From: the human T2T-CHM13v2.0 reference genome, Homo sapiens
Length of the DNA stretch: 64,000 bases
Strand: one strand, 5' to 3'
Assembly (NCBI RefSeq): GCF_009914755.1
Contig: NC_060925.1
Made by a program: the position numbers and the translations under genes. Shown here in pieces: positions 56,961 through 64,000 of the stretch. The first letter of the stretch is position 1; each line of letters begins with the position of its first letter. Under the pieces are notes generated by a model, which saw only the letters and a list, made by a program, of their open reading frames with translations, had not been told where the DNA came from and did not search any database.

Positions 56961-57080
56961 GACTCCCATTTCCTGGGCCCACTATGGGTCCCAGAGTCAC
57001 AGGGCAATTTGGCAGCTTGAGCTGGAAGAGGCCTTCAGGGTAAACTTTATTTGATCTTCTCCTTGTAGTTCAATGGATAG

Positions 57081-57305
<225 letters not shown>

Positions 57306-57586
57306 TAGTAGAGATGCGGTTTCACCATGTTGGTCGGTCTGGTTTCGAATTCCTGACCTCAAGTGATCCGCCTGCCTCGGCCTCCCAAAGTGCTAGGATT
57401 ACAGGCGTGAGCCACCGTGCCCAGCCCCCAATACCTAGGTTTATTACCTTATCTCTACCTATGAATATCCCACATCAACACACATCCAGTAAGACCACCC
57501 TGAGCTGGCTCTGTCAGCTCCTATTACTCACGTCTGATGACTCAACTGTTTCCCCTTATGAGACCCAGGGGACTTGAGCTTGCTTT

Positions 57587-58117
57587 TGAAAGAGTTAAGA
57601 ACATGGCACTCCAAAATATGCTGCTCTTCCATATCGACTATTTTGAATTAAAGGCACTTATAAAACAGCAAGTGCAAGAAGATCACTCTGACCTTCATTC
57701 TGTTTCTGAAAAGCAGGGGATAAAATCCCCACATGAAAGATGTCTTCCCTATACCAAAAGGAAAGTAACATTTTTATTATCAAAGACAGGAAGTTGAAGC
57801 CAAAGGAAATCTATATAAACAAACTTTGTTAAACTAACCCTTATCTCCCTCATCACTTCTCTACCTAATTATCCTGGCCCAAGCCCCTTTCCCTTACCAC
57901 ATTTCACAACTTACTATTCTTTGCCCATTCACCACATAAGTAATTGACTCTAACTGCTTCTATAGGTCTTCATTTCCTTAGGAGGGCTCCCATGTCACAT
58001 AAAACTTACATTAAATACATTTCTATGCTTTTCTCCTGTTAATCTGTCTGATGTCAATTTAATTTTCAGGCCCAGCTGAAAAAATTCTAAAAGGGAAGAG
58101 GTTTTACCTCCTCAACA
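57587..58117 (+). mobile_element. ERV1 solo LTR, MER34-like
   Basis: TGAAAGAGTTAAGAACATGGCACTCCAAAATATG start, TG...CA termini and 4-bp TSD CTTT (57583-57586, 58118-58121). Subfamily uncertain. Confidence 0.75.
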
Positions 58118-58389
58118 CTTTCTGTGGTCTCCCCGTCTCTTTCAAGGTCATGGTAATTAGACAGGTCTTGGTGACCACCTCTGTCACTCCCTCCTGAGGG
58201 AGGGGCCTCAGAGCTTCTTTGTGCCTTAACTTGCTGTGGCTTGAATGAAGTGGATCCTGCTTCTCTGACCATCATCGACCCAGTGAAGGATAAGGGTAGA
58301 TGCCAAGGCAAAAAGATGTGTTATGTATTAGGCCCTCATGGGGCTCCCTAAAAACTTCACCTTATTCATGCTCATGGACAATGCTGTGA

Positions 58390-58605
<216 letters not shown>

Positions 58606-58824
58606 TAATTTTTTGATTCTTTGTTGAAATTAGGATCTCACTATGTTAGCCAGGCTGGTCTCAAACTCCTGGGCTCAAGCGATCCTACTTCCTTGGCCTC
58701 CCAAAGTATTGGGATTACAGGCATAAGCCACCAGGCCTGGTTAGATAGGCATTTTTAAATTCCATTTTGCATCTTGTAAGTGGTAGACCTGAGATTTGAA
58801 CCCAAATCTGATTTCAAAACTGTC

Positions 58825-59535
58825 TGATATAGTTTGAATGTATGTCCCCACCAAACCTCATGTTGAATTGTAATTTCCAATGTTGGAGGTGGGGCATGGT
58901 GGGAGGTGTTTGGATCGTGGGGAGAATCCTTCATGAATAGCTTGGGGTATCCTCTTGGTGATCAGTGAGCTCTTGCTCTGAGTTTGCTCTGAGATCTGGT
59001 GGTTTAAAAGTGTGTGGCACCTCCCCTTCCTACTCTCTCTGTCTCCTTCCTGTTTTCACCATGTGACGTACCTGCTCCCTCTTCACTTTCCGCCATGATT
59101 ATAAGCTTCCTGAGGCCTCCCTAGAAGCTGAGCAGATGGCAGAACCATGCTTCCTGTAAATCCTGCAGAATCGTGAGCCAATTAAGCCTCGTTTCTTTAT
59201 AAATTACCCCGTCTCAGGCATTTCTCTTTTTCTTTTCTTTTTTTTTTTTTTTTTTTTGACGAAGTCTTGCTCTGGCCCAGGCTGGAATGCAGTGGCATGA
59301 TCTCGGCTCACTGCAACCAACGCCTCTGGTTCAAGCGTGCCACCACGCCCGGCTAATTCTTTGTATTTTTAGTAGAGACAGGGTTTCATCGTGTTAGCCA
59401 GGATGGTCTCCGTCTCCTGACCTCGTGATCCACCCACCTAGGCCTCCCAAAGTGCTGGGATTACAGGCGTGAGCCACCACTCCCGGCCCTAGTCTCAGGC
59501 ATTTCTTTATAGCAATGCAAGAATGGCGTAATACA
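58825..59535 (+). mobile_element. MaLR solo LTR (MST family) with an antisense Alu inserted at about 59225-59488
   Basis: TGATATAGTTTGAATGTATGTCCCCACC...GTAATACA with TSD ctgtc/ttgtc. The Alu is flanked by the duplicated gtctcaggcatttct. Confidence 0.9.
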
Positions 59536-61772
59536 TTGTCTTTTCTCTGAAAGAAGAAAGAAAAAGTGCTATGTAGAAAAAATGTGTGTAATAACCATAG
59601 CTACTGTTTAGAACTGTATGTCAGGCATTGTGCTGAGTACTTTCATGCATCATCTCATTGCATTCTCTTAACAGCCCTGTGATGAATGTCCTGTTTTTTC
59701 CTCATTCAAAAGATAGAGAAACAGAAGCTCAGAATCTTGCCCAAAAGCCCAGTTGTAAGTAAGTGGGTAAGCCAGGCTCAGACCCGGTTCTAGGTAACAC
59801 CAAAATCTGTACTTTTAACTTCTTTATATGACTTCCCATGAAATCACGTGTGAGAAAAGCCCTTTATAACCCGAAAAGTGTGCCACAAATTTAAGAGTCA
59901 ATCATAGCACTTCACGGTCTGTAATTAATAGTTTGTGTATAATTTGAGTAATGTCTGTCTTCCCTACCAGACTAGTAAAATCTATAACTATTCTGCTGAC
60001 CGTTGTGTGCCAGTATTTAGCACAGAGTAATAACGAAAAATATTTGTGAATAACTGAATGGATGCATGATCATGTCTTTTGCCTAAGCCATAAGATTCTT
60101 AGCCTTACTAATGGATTGACTCTTTTATTCTCCATTTGACAAATGTTAATTGATTCTAAAAAGCTTGTAGAAATAGTTGTATAACTTTGGCCTTGAACTT
60201 TATGGTAGAAGAGGTTAGAATAGAACTCAAAACTTCTCAGTGCTAATTATTTTTCTGGGTGAACAGTATCAATACAAATGAAACCTGACACAATTTAGGG
60301 TGTCTCAAAACAAGGAGGCTCTCTTTTTGTTAGGAGAATAATATCATATGATTAATGAAGTCCCTTTAACTTTTCACATTTTTTCTCTTAACATCATAAC
60401 ATCATGAAAGGCTCAAGCCAGAATGACCCTTTAGTGGTCATTTAATCTGACTTCCTCATATTAGAGGTAGGGAAACTGAAACCCAGAGAAGGAAGTGACT
60501 TGCCCATGCACACAGACTTGTCAGTTACAGATCTGAGACTAGAACCCAGTTCTTCTGCACCCTTGTTTTGGGCTCATTAATTCCTTTCTTCAAGAAACGC
60601 TTATTGAGCATCACTCTGTGCCAGGTATCAGGTGCACAGAAATGAGAATCTGACAAAGTCCTTTCAGGGACCTGTGAGCTTTAGGGAGTTCATAATCTGG
60701 TGAAAGAGACGGATAAGTAAACAAACAGTAAACAAGTAAACAGACAAGTCAAACAACAGTGTGGTAAGGGTAGTGATAGAAAGCACAGGGCAATAAAATT
60801 CAGAAAAACACTGACTGCTCCTCAGGGTCAAGGCAGACTTCAGAGAAGGCATGCCTGAATGTCACATGAACTTATCTCTGTATCTGTACTTCCCAGAGTG
60901 TCTGGCTTGTGATGTAGCTCAAATCAAAAGACCTGGCTAGGGACTCGTTTCTGCCACCACCTTCAGCAGAATTTTTTTTTTTTTTTTTTTAGATGGATTC
61001 TCACTCTGTTGCCCAGGCTGGAGTGCAGTGGTCCAATTTCAGCTCACTGCAGCCTCTTCAGCAGAATCTTGACCCTCTCTGAGATTCAGTTTTTTCATCT
61101 GTAGAAATGGGGACCTAAGGTACAGAGTTTCTTCTGGGAGAATTAAGTGAAACTGCATGCAACACCATGTTAGGCACACTAGAAGTGATCAATAAATACT
61201 ACTTGAGTATTTGTGTGCATATGTAATCTGTGCGTATGTGTATATGTATACAAAGATATACATAGGTAAAGAGATGTAAATATTTTTAGATTTGAAGGTA
61301 AAAGTTGTGCTTTCTGGGCACCTAGTCCTTAGCCTCAGACAGATTAGATCCATTAGAAATGCTTATTTAGATAAAAATATGTATTTGCTGCCTTTATTCC
61401 ACATAATCAGATTGTATTCTTCAAAAGAGAATTTGCTAGATACGTTAAAGCTTATCTCTTCAGGTGCCAACATGTTGTCTACATTTTCAATGAGAAATTT
61501 TTCTAGACATAATAAAAGACCCTGACCTCTAATATATAGAATCCTAAACAAAATTTGTACTTTCCCAGAAGTTTGAGACCAGCCTGGGCAATATGGCAAA
61601 ACCTCGTCTCTACAAAAAATAGAAAAATTAGCCAGGCATGGTGGTGCATGCCTGTAGTCCCAGCTACCTTGAGGTGGGAGGGTCACCTGAGCCCAGAGAG
61701 GTCAAGGCTGCAGTGAGCCATGATTGTGCCACTGCACTCCAGCCTGGGCGACAGAGTGAGACTCTGTCTCAA

Positions 61773-61805
<33 letters not shown>
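61773..61805 (+). repeat. (AAT)n Alu-tail microsatellite
   Basis: Directly visible. Confidence 0.95.
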
Positions 61806-62806
61806 TTAAACGTTCTTGAAGACTCAAGGCCTGTTTTAGGCTGTAATGTACAGCAGAGGTTTGGGTCTGGTTTTGTAGTGTTTCTGTCTCCACCGTCCTT
61901 GTTCTGCTGTGAGCACTCACTTCTCTCTGAGATCCATGTTTGCCTCTAGCAATCCAACTGATTCTCATGAGACCAGTAGACCTACATCCCTGCTTACCTG
62001 ACTGCCAATTTACCTGCCTACTGCCTTTTCTTTCTTTCTGCCTGCCAGTCTACCTGTATGTCTGCCACACAGACCATAATAATTCAAATATTTATCAACT
62101 GTTAAAAAGCCTTGTGGGGTGGTGAACAGCATGAGATAAGAATCTCAGCCTTTCCACCGATTTCTGTATATAACCTGAGTGAATCACTTTTCTGAATCTG
62201 TGTTCTCATTTATAAATAAGGATTATATTTAAACTCTTTAAAGAAAGGAATTCTGTGCAGATAGTAGGTGCTCAATAAATGTTTGTGGAATAACAGATTG
62301 GCATGAGGGCCAAATTAATTAAGACAATAATGTAACTATTGCTGCTGTCATTGAATGAGAGCCTTTAGCAGGTCCTCTATTTATCTTGGAGGCTGTCATT
62401 TCTAATCAGCTATACCCTAGAAAGCAGGCCAAATTTGCTAAAAAAGTGTGCCTTAAATAAGAGACTCTATGCTCAAAGCAGAAAAGAATATAGGCTTTTC
62501 ACTTAAATATTTACAGAGAACCTATGCTGTGCCAGTCTGAGTGCTAGATGCCAGGGTGCTAAAGTGAGCAAGACAATTCCTCAAGCCCTTAAGTCTTCAA
62601 GGAATTCACAATCTAATGGGAGAGGCAGGCAAATAAATTATCTGCTTTTCTTATTTTATATTTCTTCATTTTTCAACGTAAAATAATTTATTGTAGAAAA
62701 TCTGGAAAGCCTAAAAGAAGCAATTAGGCAGTAAAAACATCCATGATACCTACCGCTCAGAGATGACCATTGTTAACATTTTGATATACTGTATTTCCTT
62801 CTAGCC

Positions 62807-62808
<2 letters not shown>

Positions 62809-62870
<62 letters not shown>
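62809..62870. repeat. Perfect (TA)n microsatellite of about 31 units at an Alu tail
   Basis: Directly visible. Confidence 0.97.
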
Positions 62871-62871
<1 letters not shown>

Positions 62872-63139
62872 TTTTTTGAAACAGAGTCTTGCTCTGTTGC
62901 CCAGGCTGGAGTGCAGTGGCATGACCTTTACTCACTGCAACCTTGTCTGTCAGGTTCAGGTGATCCTCCTACCTCAGGCACGTGCCACCATACTGGCTAA
63001 TTTTTGTATTTTTTTTTTTTATAGAGATGGGGTTTCACCATGTTGCCCAGGTTGGCCTCAAACTCCTGGGCTTGAGCAATCTGCCTGCCTTGGCCTCCCA
63101 AACTGCTGGGATTACAAGGTGAGCCACTGCTCCTGGCCA

Positions 63140-64000
63140 GAATGTCTTTCTACTGGAATTGGTCTGATGTTTTTCTCTTGGTTAGATAGAGGTTATAGGT
63201 TTTGGGGAAGAAGACCACAGAGGTAAACGGCCATTCTCATCCCATCATATTAATGGTGCATGCCATTAACATGACTTATCACTGATGGTGTTAACACCAA
63301 TCACCTGACTGAGGCGGTATGTATCAGGTTTCTCCATTGCAAAGTTACTCTTTTTTCCCCCTTCTTTCCATACTGCACTCTTTAAAAGAAAGTCAATATG
63401 TACAGTCCACACTTAAGCAGTGGGGAGATATGCTCCACCTCTTTGAGGGCAGAGTATTTACATAAATTATTTGGAATTCTTCTGTACAGGAGATTTGTCT
63501 ATTTGTCCCTGTTTATTTACTCAGTCATTTCTTTATACCCGTATGGACTCATGGATATTTATTTTATACCTTATTATTATTTTTTTTAGAGATAGGGTCT
63601 CACCCTGTCACCCAGGCTGGAGTGCAGTGGCACAATCATAGTTCAGTATAGCCTTGAACTCCTAGGCTCAAGGGATCCTCCCACCTCAGCTTCCTGAGTA
63701 GCTGGGCATGTGCCACCACAACTGGCTTTTTGTTGCTCAAATGTCGTTAGCCATTGGGAGCTCTTTCAGTTGTCTCCTATGTCCCTTTGACACACCCCCA
63801 TCATTGTGATTTTTGAACACTTCCTTACTTTCTAGAACTATACGACGCTCAAGGCTCATCTTGTATGTTCTCTTCTTCAGCCCTAGATCAGCCATTTCTC
63901 TAAGGAGGCCTAGTTCCTTTTATTGGACAATGGTATTATAAACCATGATATGGGCTCTGGTGTCATTTACTTTTTAAAAGTAAATGTTTTAATTGGAGTA
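63140..64000 (-). mobile_element. L1MC-type 3'UTR fragment
   Basis: Colinear similarity to 18600-19400 (tcaggtttctccattgcaaagttact, tgtccctttgacac, tcagccatttctctaagga). Confidence 0.7.

Overview
Human genomic DNA, very Alu-rich, matching chr1p32.3 at the EPS15 / OSBPL9 boundary (locus recognised from the EPS15 N-terminus; no database was searched). The left end is a CpG island containing EPS15 exon 1 (minus strand, MAAAAQLSLTQ plus GT donor), with an overlapping out-of-frame uORF. The main hidden structure is an intron-containing calreticulin fossil on the minus strand, which I identify as the unitary pseudogene CALR4P. Eight exons equivalent to CALR exons 2-9 can be rebuilt between 33120 and 55971, with near-identical exon sizes and phases. 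They carry 4 premature stops, 3 frameshifts, 2 lost donors and a KGEL end in place of KDEL. Exon 1 was not found in the window. The rest is interspersed repeats: dozens of Alus, L1, L2, MIR, solo LTRs with TSDs, MER5 and a Tigger-like remnant. Unusual retro-events include an apparent U6-L1 chimera, a tailless U6 fragment, a 3'UTR retrocopy with TSDs, an Alu carrying a copy of a neighbouring Alu's flank, and several short local duplications. Nearly all long ORFs in the supplied track are Alu or GC-rich artefacts. I see no wholly new gene system; the best leads are listed as findings.
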